Assembly: GCA_024401745.1 (NCBI GenBank)
Contig: JAKSKK010000003.1
Location: 2,287-66,286, forward strand
DNA length: 64,000 bases
From: Bacteroidales bacterium
GTDB taxonomy: Bacteria > Bacteroidota > Bacteroidia > Bacteroidales > UBA932
Direction: 5' to 3'
In this document: positions 18,100 to 27,829 of the stretch, piece by piece
Layout: each line of letters begins with the position of its first letter
Position numbering within the stretch: the first letter of the stretch is position 1
The notes under the pieces: model-generated
What the model saw: only the letters and a program-made list of their open reading frames with translations
Told to the model about the DNA's origin: nothing
The model's database searches: none
Program-made: the position numbers and the translations under genes

Positions 18100-20396
18100 T
18101 GAGACGCTTTTTCTTCATATTCTGCTGTGCCTTCATGGTGTCATGCTCAGCCGTGACCCCGGAACCCGGTGTGTCGCAGGCTCTTGCCAGGGAACGCGCG
18201 GCGAACATCAGCGATGTCAGCTATGGTCTGTGGTTCAACTTGCTCGGCCTTCCCGACCGGGTGAGGTCCAGTGAGGAACTGACCTTCACGGTCAGGCGCA
18301 GGGCTGATGTGGTCCTTGATTTCAAGGCTCCGGAGGGCAGCCTGCTCTGCGTGGTTGCAAATGGCGACACCGTCGATGTGGATGTCATGAATGAACATCT
18401 GGTCATTCCTCGGGAAAAGATTCTGAAGGGTGAAAACGAGCTTGTGATACAGTTCATGGCCGGGACGCAGTCCCTGAATAACCGGGGAGAGTTCGTCTAT
18501 ACCTTGCTGGTCCCCGACAGGGCAAGGACCCTTTTCCCGTGCTTCGACCAGCCTGACATGAAGGCGGTGTTCAATCTCTCTCTCGACGTTCCACAAAATT
18601 GGGTGGTGGTGTCAAACACCGCGGTCGGTAACCCCACAGGGCCTCTCAGCACCTACCTGTTCTCGTTCGTTGCAGGCAAGTTCGAACGTCTTGAGGCCAG
18701 CAGGGACGGGAGGACCGTATCGATGTATCATCGCGAGAACGATCCTGCCAAGCTGGCACAGACGGACGATATCTTCGACCTGGTCTTCGACTCTCTCGAC
18801 TGGATGGAGGAGTACACCGGCGTGCCGTACCCCTTTGCCAAATATGATTTCATAGTCCTTCCTGATTTCCAATATGGCGGAATGGAGCATACCGGTGCCA
18901 TGCTGTATAACGACAGACGCATCTTCCTGGGTCCCGCTCCCACTACGAACGAGCTGCTGAACCGCGCATCCCTCATAGCCCACGAAACGGCGCACATGTG
19001 GTTCGGAGACTACGTCACAATGGAGTGGTTCAATGACGTGTGGACCAAGGAAGTGTTTGCCAACTGGTTCTCCAGCAAGATGATACGTCCGCAGTTCCCC
19101 GAAGTGAACCATACTCTTTCTGACCTCCGCAGCCTCTACGCTCCCGCGTATGAAGAGGACCGCACCGAGGGCCGCTGCGCAATCCAGAGGCCCCTCGACA
19201 ACCTGCAGAACGCCGGCCTCATCTACTGCAACACCATCTACGACAAGGCGCCTGTAGTGATGGAGATGCTAGCCGAAAAGCTGGGTCCCGAGAAGTTCCG
19301 TGCCTGCCTGCAGGAGTATCTGCGCCGCTTCGGATACGGCAACGCGACCTGGGATGACCTTATCGCAATCTTCGATGCGGCAACGGACGAGAACCTTTCC
19401 AGATGGTCCGACCGCTGGGTCAAGAAAGCCGGGATGCCCGAATATGCCGCCGGCCCCGATGATGAGCTGGTGGATGGCCGGTACTGGGTCCCGAACCTTG
19501 ACGGAAAGGGCTACGGATGGTACCGCCCGGATGCGCCGAGCATGGACTATATCATGGAACACTGGAGCGGCTACGACGACACCGGCAGGATGTCGCTGCT
19601 GATGACGCTTTACGAGAATTCATGGCACGGAACCCTTGACCGCAGGCACTTTGTGGAGTGGGGCTCGTCCAGGATACTCCAGGAGCCGAATGCCCTTGTG
19701 CTGAATTCCCTCCTCTCATACGTCGGCTCGGAATACGACCGCCTGGACACTCCCGCCCCGGAGTTCTGCGAGGCACTCAGGGCCCTGGCCGCTGACGGCG
19801 CCCGTTCACCCGAGCAGAGGCTTCTGGCCTTCAGGCAGTATTACGGCAAGGCCTGCACCGATGAGCAGAAGGCTGAGGTATATGCGATATGGAACGCGCA
19901 GCAGCCTTATCCTGGGCTCGTGCTTGGCGAGACTGACTATACCGGCATGGCATACGCGCTGATGCTGGACTATCCCGAAAAGGCGGAAGAGACAGCCGCT
20001 CTCCAGCGCTCGAGAATCTCCAACCCTGACCGTCTGGAGACCTTCGACTTCGTCAGCCGTGCGGCTTCTCCGGATGCGGCCGTAAGGCAGGAACTTTTCG
20101 ACTTCCTGCTCGCGGCGCCGCAGAACCGCCGTCCTGAATCGAGGGTGCTCAGCGCATTGTCTCTTCTCTGCCACAGAACCCGCACCGAAGAGGCCACAGC
20201 CTATATTCTACCTGCATTGGAGGCCCTTCCGGAAATCCAGATGACCGGCGATATCTTCTTCCCGGCATCATGGTGCCGGACCCTGCTGGCGAACCAGCAC
20301 GACAACCCTGAGGCACAGCGGATCGTGGAAGACTTCATTGCCTCCCACCCCGACATGAATCCTCTGCTGGTAGTCAAGATACTTCAGGCGAAGTAA
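18096..20396 (+). CDS. pepN: M1 family aminopeptidase N
   Basis: ARTLFPCFDQPD, GGMEH, HETAHMWFGDYVTMEWFNDVWTKE (HExxH..E), IYDKA. Confidence 0.92.
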   Translation: MMRRFFFIFCCAFMVSCSAVTPEPGVSQALARERAANISDVSYGLWFNLLGLPDRVRSSEELTFTVRRRADVVLDFKAPEGSLLCVVANGDTVDVDVMNEHLVIPREKILKGENELVIQFMAGTQSLNNRGEFVYTLLVPDRARTLFPCFDQPDMKAVFNLSLDVPQNWVVVSNTAVGNPTGPLSTYLFSFVAGKFERLEASRDGRTVSMYHRENDPAKLAQTDDIFDLVFDSLDWMEEYTGVPYPFAKYDFIVLPDFQYGGMEHTGAMLYNDRRIFLGPAPTTNELLNRASLIAHETAHMWFGDYVTMEWFNDVWTKEVFANWFSSKMIRPQFPEVNHTLSDLRSLYAPAYEEDRTEGRCAIQRPLDNLQNAGLIYCNTIYDKAPVVMEMLAEKLGPEKFRACLQEYLRRFGYGNATWDDLIAIFDAATDENLSRWSDRWVKKAGMPEYAAGPDDELVDGRYWVPNLDGKGYGWYRPDAPSMDYIMEHWSGYDDTGRMSLLMTLYENSWHGTLDRRHFVEWGSSRILQEPNALVLNSLLSYVGSEYDRLDTPAPEFCEALRALAADGARSPEQRLLAFRQYYGKACTDEQKAEVYAIWNAQQPYPGLVLGETDYTGMAYALMLDYPEKAEETAALQRSRISNPDRLETFDFVSRAASPDAAVRQELFDFLLAAPQNRRPESRVLSALSLLCHRTRTEEATAYILPALEALPEIQMTGDIFFPASWCRTLLANQHDNPEAQRIVEDFIASHPDMNPLLVVKILQAK

Positions 20397-20786
20397 CTAC
20401 ATCTCCCCGTAGCTGGGCAGGGCCTGCTGTGGCGTGAAGACGCCGTTTTCCTTCTTGTAGAGATATGTCCTGGTGCCGTTGGTGATGAACAGCCATCTGA
20501 CGCCGAGCACCATGTTGTAGCGCATGGCCTGCTCGAGGACGGCGGAGCTGAGCTCCACCTCGGGGCGCTTGCATTCCACAATGCCGAGGGGCTGGCCGCT
20601 GCGGTCCCAGATGAGGATATCGGCCCGGTACTTCTTCTGCCCGAACTCGAGGGCGGCCTCACTCATCATGAGATGCTCGGGCACGCCGGCGGAATCGCGC
20701 AGCACGCTGATGAACCACTGCCGCACCTTCTCCTCGGGCGTGGCAGTGACCATTTTCTTTCTAAGCGGGTCCCAGTACTGCTGCAT
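20397..20786 (-). CDS. Stand-alone HsdR N-terminal (HSDR_N) domain protein
   Basis: WDPLRKK.V..TPEEKVRQ, RADIL, VECK, QA.RYN, ITNG; ATG 20786 lies 6 nt after TATCTTTG (20793-20800, minus strand). Confidence 0.8.
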   Translation of the reverse strand: MQQYWDPLRKKMVTATPEEKVRQWFISVLRDSAGVPEHLMMSEAALEFGQKKYRADILIWDRSGQPLGIVECKRPEVELSSAVLEQAMRYNMVLGVRWLFITNGTRTYLYKKENGVFTPQQALPSYGEM

Positions 20787-20852
20787 ACCATGCAAAGATA
20801 GGCAAAGTAAAAAATAAACTGCTATCTTTACACCGAAACGTGCAATTGAATC

Positions 20853-22547
20853 ATGTCAGCTTTCTCAAATTTTAAAAACAGCTGCAGAACTGCGCTGAAA
20901 GGAATGCTCTCACATCCGGTGCTGGTAGTCATTCTCTGCCATGCCTGGATCGTGAACGGTCTCGGGGATGCCGGCAATCCGGTCCTGGCTCCCGTCTTTG
21001 CCTTTCTTTCTGTCTTTATCGACAGGCTCTGCAAAGGCAAATCCAGCTGGTCCTGGATACTTGTTCCCCTGTATGTCGGAAGCAGCTACGTCAAGGCACT
21101 CGACGGGTTTGGCAACACCGTCGCATTCACCGTCATCTGTGCCGCGATCATCCCCTTGTGCTATCTGTGGGTGAAGAGAGCGAAAGAGGACGTTCCGTTC
21201 ATACGTCAGGCCGGAGCAACGGCATGGTCGCTCATCATTGCAACTGTGACAGTATCGCTTCTTGCCGGCATCACGGCATTGATACTCCTTACCATAGAAA
21301 CACTGTTCGGATCTGATGTGAATGACCTGATTGAATGGATGGCCAAGTTCTGCTTCACCGTCCTGCTGGCACCGATATTCATCTCCATTGACGAAAGCCG
21401 GCAGACTGACGGACATTCAATGACTCTGGAGACCATCCTGAACTGGGTGGTTTCGCCTGCGCTCATAATCTACACCATCGTCCTCTACGCCTATTGCGTA
21501 AAGATAGCCATTTCCTGGACGCTGCCCGACGGCCAGGTCGCATACATGACCCTCGCCTTCTTCATCATACTCTTCCTCTGCAGGGCATACAGGAACATCC
21601 AGGAGAAGAAACCCTTCGAATGGTTCTACAAGTATTCATGGGCCGCGTCCATCCCTCTCTTCATCCTGTTCTGGGTGGGAACGTTCCGCAGGCTCTCCGA
21701 TTATGGATGCACGTCGGCAAGATACTATCTGCTCCTGTCAGGCATTGTCCTCATGCTCCTTGTCATAAGGAGGGAGAGAAAGGGCACTTCGGCTTTCTAC
21801 CATTATTTCTGCATTGCGCTGTCCGCCGTCTTCCTGCTCAGCATCGCATGCCCGGGAATCAGCCACAGAGACATATCCCTACATTCTCAGAGGAACATCG
21901 TTGCACGCGAGGCGGCGCGGCTTGGCCTGCTTGATCCGGAAGGCCGATTCGTTGACCGGCTGTATGAATGCAATGATTCCCTTGAAGCTATGTCCTACAG
22001 GAAAATCTATCAGGCGATGCTGTTCATGGACAAGATCGACGAAGGCTCCATCGGCAAATCTTTCGGCATCGGCAGCCTTGAAGTATATTTCAACCGTCTC
22101 CCACGCAATGTCCAGCAGTTCTCATCGAGTGAAAGAGTGCATAAGTTTTACAATGATATCGAGAACAGGAACAGGATCTTGGGCTTTGACAGCGAAATCA
22201 TTGAGACCGGTGGATTCAAGTACCTTATAGACATAAGCGTAACTTTTGATCAACTTCAGAAACTTGGCCTTGACTGCAACACGAGCAGCTTCATCTGGAA
22301 TCAGGCCGTCAAGCATGGCTGGGAAGGGCCCGGCCAGCCGCCTCTCTCCTGGCTTCGAGATCACAGCGAAAAGATTCTTACCATAGAGACGGAAGATTTC
22401 AAGATGAAAGTTAGAGGTATGACTGTCAGTCTCGTTCATGAAGAAAGCACATGGGTCGTCGACGACGAATGGCTCGGGGGCAAGTTCCTTTTCAATGACA
22501 AGTGCATTCTGGACATCCTCGACAAGAACGAAGATAGCTTAAAATAG
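20853..22547 (+). CDS. Polytopic membrane protein, DUF4153-like
   Basis: Many TM segments; P.LIIYT.VLYAY..KI...W.LP.G, RR.SDYG.T..RYY, S..SQ pattern. Confidence 0.7.
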   Translation: MSAFSNFKNSCRTALKGMLSHPVLVVILCHAWIVNGLGDAGNPVLAPVFAFLSVFIDRLCKGKSSWSWILVPLYVGSSYVKALDGFGNTVAFTVICAAIIPLCYLWVKRAKEDVPFIRQAGATAWSLIIATVTVSLLAGITALILLTIETLFGSDVNDLIEWMAKFCFTVLLAPIFISIDESRQTDGHSMTLETILNWVVSPALIIYTIVLYAYCVKIAISWTLPDGQVAYMTLAFFIILFLCRAYRNIQEKKPFEWFYKYSWAASIPLFILFWVGTFRRLSDYGCTSARYYLLLSGIVLMLLVIRRERKGTSAFYHYFCIALSAVFLLSIACPGISHRDISLHSQRNIVAREAARLGLLDPEGRFVDRLYECNDSLEAMSYRKIYQAMLFMDKIDEGSIGKSFGIGSLEVYFNRLPRNVQQFSSSERVHKFYNDIENRNRILGFDSEIIETGGFKYLIDISVTFDQLQKLGLDCNTSSFIWNQAVKHGWEGPGQPPLSWLRDHSEKILTIETEDFKMKVRGMTVSLVHEESTWVVDDEWLGGKFLFNDKCILDILDKNEDSLK

Positions 22548-22565
22548 ATTATCTTTGCAGCCGCT

Positions 22566-23135
22566 ATGGCAAAAAGACTAATACTCGCAAGCAACTCTCC
22601 CCGCCGCAGGGAGCTCCTGAAGGGTCTCGACCTTGAATTCACCGTCGATACGGGCAACACCTTCGTCGAGGAATTCGCCCCCGAAACGCCGCACGAGGAC
22701 GTGCCCGCCCTCATGTCGACCGGTAAGTCTCACGGCTTCCACCGCCCCCTTGAGGAGGACGAAATCCTCATAACCTCCGACACCATGGTCCTGCTCGACA
22801 AGACCATCATGGGCAAGCCCCATTCGCGTGAGGAGGCTCTTGCGATGCTCACGGCCCTTTCCGGCCACACCCATGAGGTGATCAGCGCCGTCACCATACG
22901 CGACGCCCGCAAGGAGGAGACCTTCTCCGACGTCACCAAGGTGACTTTCAGGGTGATGACGCCCGCCGAGCTCGAGTATTACGTGGATACCTACAAGCCT
23001 TACGACAAGGCCGGCGCGTATGCCATCCAGGAATGGATAGGCTATGTGGGCATAACGGGAATAGAAGGCTCATACTTCAACGTGATGGGCTTCCCCGTGC
23101 ACCGCGTGGCCGAGGAACTGAAGAAATTCCTCTAG
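22566..23135 (+). CDS. maf: Maf family nucleotide pyrophosphatase
   Basis: LILASNSPRRRELL, SDTMV, MGKP, DKAGAYAIQ, GSYFNVMGFP; TATCTTTG promoter at 22550-22557. Confidence 0.93.
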   Translation: MAKRLILASNSPRRRELLKGLDLEFTVDTGNTFVEEFAPETPHEDVPALMSTGKSHGFHRPLEEDEILITSDTMVLLDKTIMGKPHSREEALAMLTALSGHTHEVISAVTIRDARKEETFSDVTKVTFRVMTPAELEYYVDTYKPYDKAGAYAIQEWIGYVGITGIEGSYFNVMGFPVHRVAEELKKFL

Positions 23136-24325
23136 AAATTACGGGCTACCACCATGGCGCAGCTCCAGGCTGCCTGAAGGTTGAACCCGCCAGTGATCGC
23201 ATCGACATCAAGAACTTCCCCGGCAAAATAGAGGCCGGGGTATTTTTTGCTTTCCAGCGTGCTGAGGTTCACCTCCTGGAGCGAGACGCCTCCGCAGGTC
23301 ACGAACTCTGCCTTGAAGTGGCAGCGGCCCGCGATTTCGTAGGCGTCGGCCGTAATGGCACCCACCAGCCTGTTGCCGCCCTTGCTGCCCAGTTCAGCCC
23401 AGATTATGTCGTCCCTCAGACCCGCACGGCTGACTATGTGCTGCCACAGGCGGGCGCTTATGCCGTCTGGAGCCACGTTGGAGACTCTCTTCTTCCCGTT
23501 TTGCCGGGAGGCCGTGGAAATGAACTCACGCGCCTTGTCCTCGCCCCAGCCTGTCCAGTTCACGAGCAGCGTACCTTTGTAGCCGTTGCCTGCGAGATGG
23601 CGTGCCGCGTACGAACTCAGCTTGAGCGTAGCCGGGCCGCTCACGCCCCAGTCGGTGACCAGAAGAGTGCCGGAAGACTTGAACGGGGTGCCGGCAAGAG
23701 AAAGGATGGCGTCCGGGGCCAGCGCCCCCATAAGCGAGCGAAGGCCGTCATCGTATATTTTCAAGGTGAAGAGCGACGGTACAGGTTTCTCGATCTGCAG
23801 ATCCAGCGGTTCCAGAAGCTTCAGAGCCCCGCCGCCTGTCGTGACTATCACTGAATCGGCGCTGAGCGTGCCTGCCGAAGTGTCAAGAGTGAAGCTGCCG
23901 TCCGTGCTGCTGACGGCGTTGACCCGCACCCCGCAGCGCAGCTCCACGCCCAGCCGGCGCATCAGGTTCTCGAGCGTGCGCACGATCTGCATGGCGTCCT
24001 GGCTCTTCGGGAACACGCAACGGTCCTCCTGGATCACGTATGGGATGCCCTCGCGCTGGAACCAGGCCATGGCGTCGTCATTGCTGAACACGCGCATGGC
24101 GCGCTTCATGAGCTGTGCTCCGCGCGGGTAGGCCTCTTCCAGGCGGACTATGCCTTCGAACGAGTTGGTGAAGTTGCACCTGCCGCCTCCGGTCACTGCC
24201 AGCTTGGCCATAGGCTTCGCTCCGGCCTCGAGGACGGTCACGCCCAGACCGGGATCTCTGCGCCTGAGTTCTATTGCGCAGAAGCATCCGGCGGCACCGG
24301 CACCTATGATCACGACACGTTTCAT
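23132..24325 (-). CDS. HI0933/BaiN (YhiN) family flavoprotein
   Basis: GAGAAG, KLAVTGGGRCNFTN, VPSLF, GVSGPATL, TCGGV, GEVLDVDAITGGFNLQAAW; ATG 24325 lies 6 nt after TACATTTG. Confidence 0.92.
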   Translation of the reverse strand: MKRVVIIGAGAAGCFCAIELRRRDPGLGVTVLEAGAKPMAKLAVTGGGRCNFTNSFEGIVRLEEAYPRGAQLMKRAMRVFSNDDAMAWFQREGIPYVIQEDRCVFPKSQDAMQIVRTLENLMRRLGVELRCGVRVNAVSSTDGSFTLDTSAGTLSADSVIVTTGGGALKLLEPLDLQIEKPVPSLFTLKIYDDGLRSLMGALAPDAILSLAGTPFKSSGTLLVTDWGVSGPATLKLSSYAARHLAGNGYKGTLLVNWTGWGEDKAREFISTASRQNGKKRVSNVAPDGISARLWQHIVSRAGLRDDIIWAELGSKGGNRLVGAITADAYEIAGRCHFKAEFVTCGGVSLQEVNLSTLESKKYPGLYFAGEVLDVDAITGGFNLQAAWSCAMVVARNF

Positions 24326-24369
24326 GTGGTACAAATGTATAAAAATTCAAGTAAAACTACTTGATTTGT

Positions 24370-24399
24370 CCCGTATTAGACAGAAGAATGCCCGTATTA
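24370..24399 (+). promoter_or_regulatory. Perfect 9-bp direct repeat CCCGTATTA at 21-bp period; candidate regulator site
   Basis: Copies at 24370-24378 and 24391-24399; -7-like TAATTTTA at 24413-24420. Confidence 0.45.
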
Positions 24400-24435
24400 T
24401 TTGGCAAATGCTTAATTTTATCAATCAAAAATTAC

Positions 24436-24548
24436 AAGGGTGCAGGTGACAATCTGAAGTCACCATGCATTAGGTAACAAAGGTGTGGTTGTTGCCGAGT
24501 GCCGGGTGGTAGTGGTCGATACTCTTTGAGTGTTGCTTGTACCCTTTT
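24436..24548 (+). ncRNA. Candidate structured RNA: ~110-nt rod-like hairpin
   Basis: 24436-24451 pairs with 24531-24546 (16 bp, 4 G-U). Inner stems: CACC/GGTG, GCATT/AGTGC, GGTAACAA/TTGTTGCC. Ends in a U-run. Confidence 0.55.
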
Positions 24549-24559
24549 CTTGTTGGCTT

Positions 24560-25972
24560 ATGAAAAAGGTATTCGTCATATTGTTCCTTGCTTTGTCATG
24601 TCATGTGCTCATGGCGCAGACTCCTTCTCTGAGCTTGGCGGATTCTCTTTCTCATGCAGGCCGATATTCTCAGGCCATCAAGATGGCGCAGCAGTTGGCT
24701 GAAGAAGCCGAAAAGGCCGGTGATACCAACACCTGTCTGAAGGCATGGTGCATTCTTGGCGAGGCGTATTTTGCAAGCGGTGACGAGGAAGTGGCGAGGG
24801 ACTACTTATGTAAGTGCTATGTCAGATGTGCAGAAGACAAAGAGATGCGTGCCATCCCCGACATCATGCTGCTGAGCGCATCGCTTTCGTCCGCTGCAAA
24901 GATCTACAAGACCAGTGGTGAATACGAAGAGGCCGTAAAGTACCTGCGCCGCAGTATATGCATCGACAAGGCACTCAACCGCAGGGCCACCGTTGCCGTA
25001 CGATATGGGGAACTGACCGACATACTGATTGCCCAGGGCAGATATGAGGAAGCACTTGCCGTCATCGACACGGCAAAGACGTACACGACGGCAAAGGAAA
25101 ACCGTATCAATTCCAAGCAGAGCTATGATACAGGTCTTTGCATGGAGGCCATGGGTGACTCCATCGCTGCGGAGAAATGCTTCCGTGAGGCGGAAGAAAC
25201 GGCATATCGCTATACAGACAACATGTTTGTGTCGGTCTATCTGTCGAAGCTGGCGTCATATGCTGAGGCGCGAGGTGACCGTGATGCTGCCGCGGAATAT
25301 TATAGACGGATCGTTGGGTATGATACATCAAATCTTATTGACATGTCGCCGCATTATGAAGCCTATATGGCCCTTGCCAGGCTGTATGAGGGTGAAGATG
25401 ATGCACTCAGTGCCATGTATGCCGCCAAGGCGGACTCGCTCGACTTCCACCCTGCCCTCAAGGTCCTTGCGGCGAAGCTCGCCCTGTACAACATAGACTT
25501 CCCTCTGAAGGAGCGTGAGCAGATAATACGCAACCAGCGTCTGCGTTTTGCCTTCCTTTGCAGTCTGCTGATGATCCTGATGCTGGTTGTGGTTTTCCTA
25601 TGGGCGAACAACCGCAATCTCAAAAAGATTTCCCACATGCAGGAGGAGCAGAACGAGAGCCTCCGCAAGGCAAATGAGCAGAAGGACCAGCTCCTTGAGA
25701 TATCAAAGGCCATAGCCGACGAGCATGTTCGGGACGAGGTGTCCCGCATCGCCTCCGAGCTAGTCGACGTGGCCAACGTCAAGCTGACAAAGCGTGAGAG
25801 CGAGATAGCCGCGCTCATTGCCGACGGCCTTCTCAACAAGGAGATAGCCGACCATCTGAACATCAGCGTGCGCACGGTGGAATTCCATAGGAACGCCATC
25901 TATCGCAAGCTGGGTGTGAACAATGCCGTTGAGCTTATGAACTATCTCAACGCTGTCAAAAATAATACTTAA
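24560..25972 (+). CDS. Periplasmic TPR sensor - TM - LuxR-type HTH one-component regulator
   Basis: Signal peptide MKKVFVILFLALSCHVLMA, TPR-like helices, TM RFAFLCSLLMILMLVVVFLW, LTKRESEIA..IADG..NKEIADHLNISVRTVEFHRNAIYRKLGV. Confidence 0.88.
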   Translation: MKKVFVILFLALSCHVLMAQTPSLSLADSLSHAGRYSQAIKMAQQLAEEAEKAGDTNTCLKAWCILGEAYFASGDEEVARDYLCKCYVRCAEDKEMRAIPDIMLLSASLSSAAKIYKTSGEYEEAVKYLRRSICIDKALNRRATVAVRYGELTDILIAQGRYEEALAVIDTAKTYTTAKENRINSKQSYDTGLCMEAMGDSIAAEKCFREAEETAYRYTDNMFVSVYLSKLASYAEARGDRDAAAEYYRRIVGYDTSNLIDMSPHYEAYMALARLYEGEDDALSAMYAAKADSLDFHPALKVLAAKLALYNIDFPLKEREQIIRNQRLRFAFLCSLLMILMLVVVFLWANNRNLKKISHMQEEQNESLRKANEQKDQLLEISKAIADEHVRDEVSRIASELVDVANVKLTKRESEIAALIADGLLNKEIADHLNISVRTVEFHRNAIYRKLGVNNAVELMNYLNAVKNNT

Positions 25973-25996
25973 CCTATTGAATAATAATTATCAATG

Positions 25997-26028
25997 AAAG
26001 AGGCAGGCCGTCAGGACCTGCCTCTTTT
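25997..26028. terminator. Bidirectional intrinsic terminator
   Basis: AAAGAGGCAGG-loop-CCTGCCTCTTTT between convergent genes. Confidence 0.8.
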
Positions 26029-26047
26029 GCTTTGTTCAGAGCTTGTT

Positions 26048-27091
26048 TTATTCAGCCCAGCACGCCGGCTTGGCTGTCAGGTTCTCCTTGAAATAATCTA
26101 CCATGGCCTTGGCCTGCTCCTCGTTCACGGTGAAGTAGCGGTGCTTGCCGGCGGGGTCGGGTGTGTATCTGGTCACGCCTTCGTCGTCGACTGCTATGAA
26201 GCCGGGCTCGGTGAGAGTGCACATCGAATCACCTTCGATTGCGAAGAGGACGGCAGTAGGGTCGAACATATAGTTGTCGTAAGGCATCTCTCCGGCCCAG
26301 CGGATGTAGGACTCCTTCAGGGGATGGGCGCCGGCCCACTCGTAGTCGTTCAGGATGCTCTCGCCAGGATACCTTACTGCCTCGCCGATCTCCCAGGGGC
26401 TGCAGACGATCTCGCCGGGCCACTCTGCGAAGAGCTTCTTAGCCGAGGGAATGTTGATCATGACGTTGTACTCGGGCGCCTCGTCCTTGAAACGGCCGGC
26501 CATGATGCTGAGCATCTTCACCTTCTTCTCGATGAGCTCCTTTCCTGTAAGGGGAGAGTACTCGTCGGCGGGAGTGTCGAGCAGGCGTGCGAGGTTGGTC
26601 AGGAATCCTACGGAAACCACGATCACTGAATTGTCCTCAGCCTCGGCAAGGAGCTTCCTGTAAAGGATATGCGAGTCGGGAAGGTCCTCGTAGCCGATTC
26701 CGGTGGTCTTGAAGAGCGGGCTGCCGTCTTCGGCTGTGAGCTTCACAGTCTGGCCTGCATAGTTCTCCTCCTGGTCGGTGCCGTCACCGCCGTTGTTGCG
26801 TGCGCGGCCTACGGGAATCATGCTGGCATGGCCGTAGAATGTATTGACTATGTCTACGAACTTTGCGGTGTTCTCACCTTCCTTGTTGAGGCATACGCCA
26901 AGAAGGTTGATCTTTCCCTCGTCGATCTTGTGGTTCAGGAGGCAGAGGGCCTCGGTATCGTCGATGTCGTTGCCGATATCGGTGTCGAAAATGATGTTGA
27001 TGCGCTGTTCTGCCGTGACTTCCTGCTGCTTGCAGGCCGATGCGCTGAGGATGATTGCTCCTGCGGCGACGATGAGTTTGAGATGATTCAT
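26048..27091 (-). CDS. Nucleoside hydrolase (IU-NH family) lipoprotein
   Basis: Lipobox SASAC; IIFDTDIGNDIDDTEAL, GFLTNLA, EYNV, FDP; start may instead be 27100; TATTTTTG at 27110-27117. Confidence 0.85.
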   Translation of the reverse strand: MNHLKLIVAAGAIILSASACKQQEVTAEQRINIIFDTDIGNDIDDTEALCLLNHKIDEGKINLLGVCLNKEGENTAKFVDIVNTFYGHASMIPVGRARNNGGDGTDQEENYAGQTVKLTAEDGSPLFKTTGIGYEDLPDSHILYRKLLAEAEDNSVIVVSVGFLTNLARLLDTPADEYSPLTGKELIEKKVKMLSIMAGRFKDEAPEYNVMINIPSAKKLFAEWPGEIVCSPWEIGEAVRYPGESILNDYEWAGAHPLKESYIRWAGEMPYDNYMFDPTAVLFAIEGDSMCTLTEPGFIAVDDEGVTRYTPDPAGKHRYFTVNEEQAKAMVDYFKENLTAKPACWAE

Positions 27092-27142
27092 TATGGTCAT
27101 TGTTTGGAACAAAAATAGCCAAACTTGGTCTAAGAACAAAAT

Positions 27143-27210
27143 TTTACGAAAAAATATTAAATAATTGTTGTTTTACGATAAATAATTTATATCTTTGCGA
27201 AAAACAAGGT
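27143..27210 (+). promoter_or_regulatory. Promoter (TATCTTTG 27190-27197) flanked by TTATCG-N5-CGATAA-like boxes
   Basis: Boxes at 27143 (weak), 27165 (TTGTTG TTTTA CGATAA) and 27194 (TTTGCG AAAAA CAA, identical to 43344-43357). Confidence 0.55.
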
Positions 27211-27216
27211 ACAATT

Positions 27217-27825
27217 ATGATCGAATGGTGGACATCTCTTGATGCAATGATGAAGATTCTCTGGGGCATCACGCTCGCAGCATCCCTCATCTTTGTGATT
27301 CAGTCTATTATGACATTTATAGGTGCTGACACTGATTTCAACACCGACTTCGACACCGACTTCGACGCCGGTGGAGCTGACATCGACGGCACGGCCGGCC
27401 ATTCCGGCATGGGCCTTCTGACTTTCCGCAACTTTGTGAACTTCTGCCTCGGCTTCGGCTGGACCTCAGTTCTCCTGAAGGGCCAGATAGCATCCCAGGG
27501 CGTTCTCTTCACCGTTGCGGCCATCATAGGTATAGGACTCGTTGCCGTGGTGATGCTCCTCTTCAAGTGGATCAGCGGCATGCAGGAGTCAGGCAACATC
27601 GACGTGTACAAATCGGCCGTCGACTGCACAGGAAAGGTATATCTGTCCATTCCCGCCGAGCGTAAGGGCGAAGGCAAGGTGCAGATAACCATCAACAATG
27701 CCGTGCGCGAGTACAATGCCGTCACCGACGGCGACGCTCTGCCCACCGGCGCCGACATCAGGGTGGTCGAGGTCGTTTCGGCCAGCACCCTTCTCGTGGA
27801 AGAAGTAAACACATTAATAATCTGA
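27217..27825 (+). CDS. NfeD-like membrane protein (C-terminal OB fold)
   Basis: TM segments, then G.VYLSIPA..KGEGKVQI......EYNAVT....G..IRVVEV; directly upstream of flotillin. Confidence 0.8.
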   Translation: MIEWWTSLDAMMKILWGITLAASLIFVIQSIMTFIGADTDFNTDFDTDFDAGGADIDGTAGHSGMGLLTFRNFVNFCLGFGWTSVLLKGQIASQGVLFTVAAIIGIGLVAVVMLLFKWISGMQESGNIDVYKSAVDCTGKVYLSIPAERKGEGKVQITINNAVREYNAVTDGDALPTGADIRVVEVVSASTLLVEEVNTLII

Positions 27826-27829
27826 TACT

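Noticed and set aside
20397-20786. Possible type I restriction-modification or defence system
   Set aside because: Only a stand-alone HSDR_N domain, which is common in Bacteroidota. No hsdM, hsdS or helicase gene is nearby.
27337-27368. Short tandem repeat (ttc-gac-acc-gac)
   Set aside because: Encodes a DTDF low-complexity linker in NfeD; the 12-bp unit cannot cause a frameshift.
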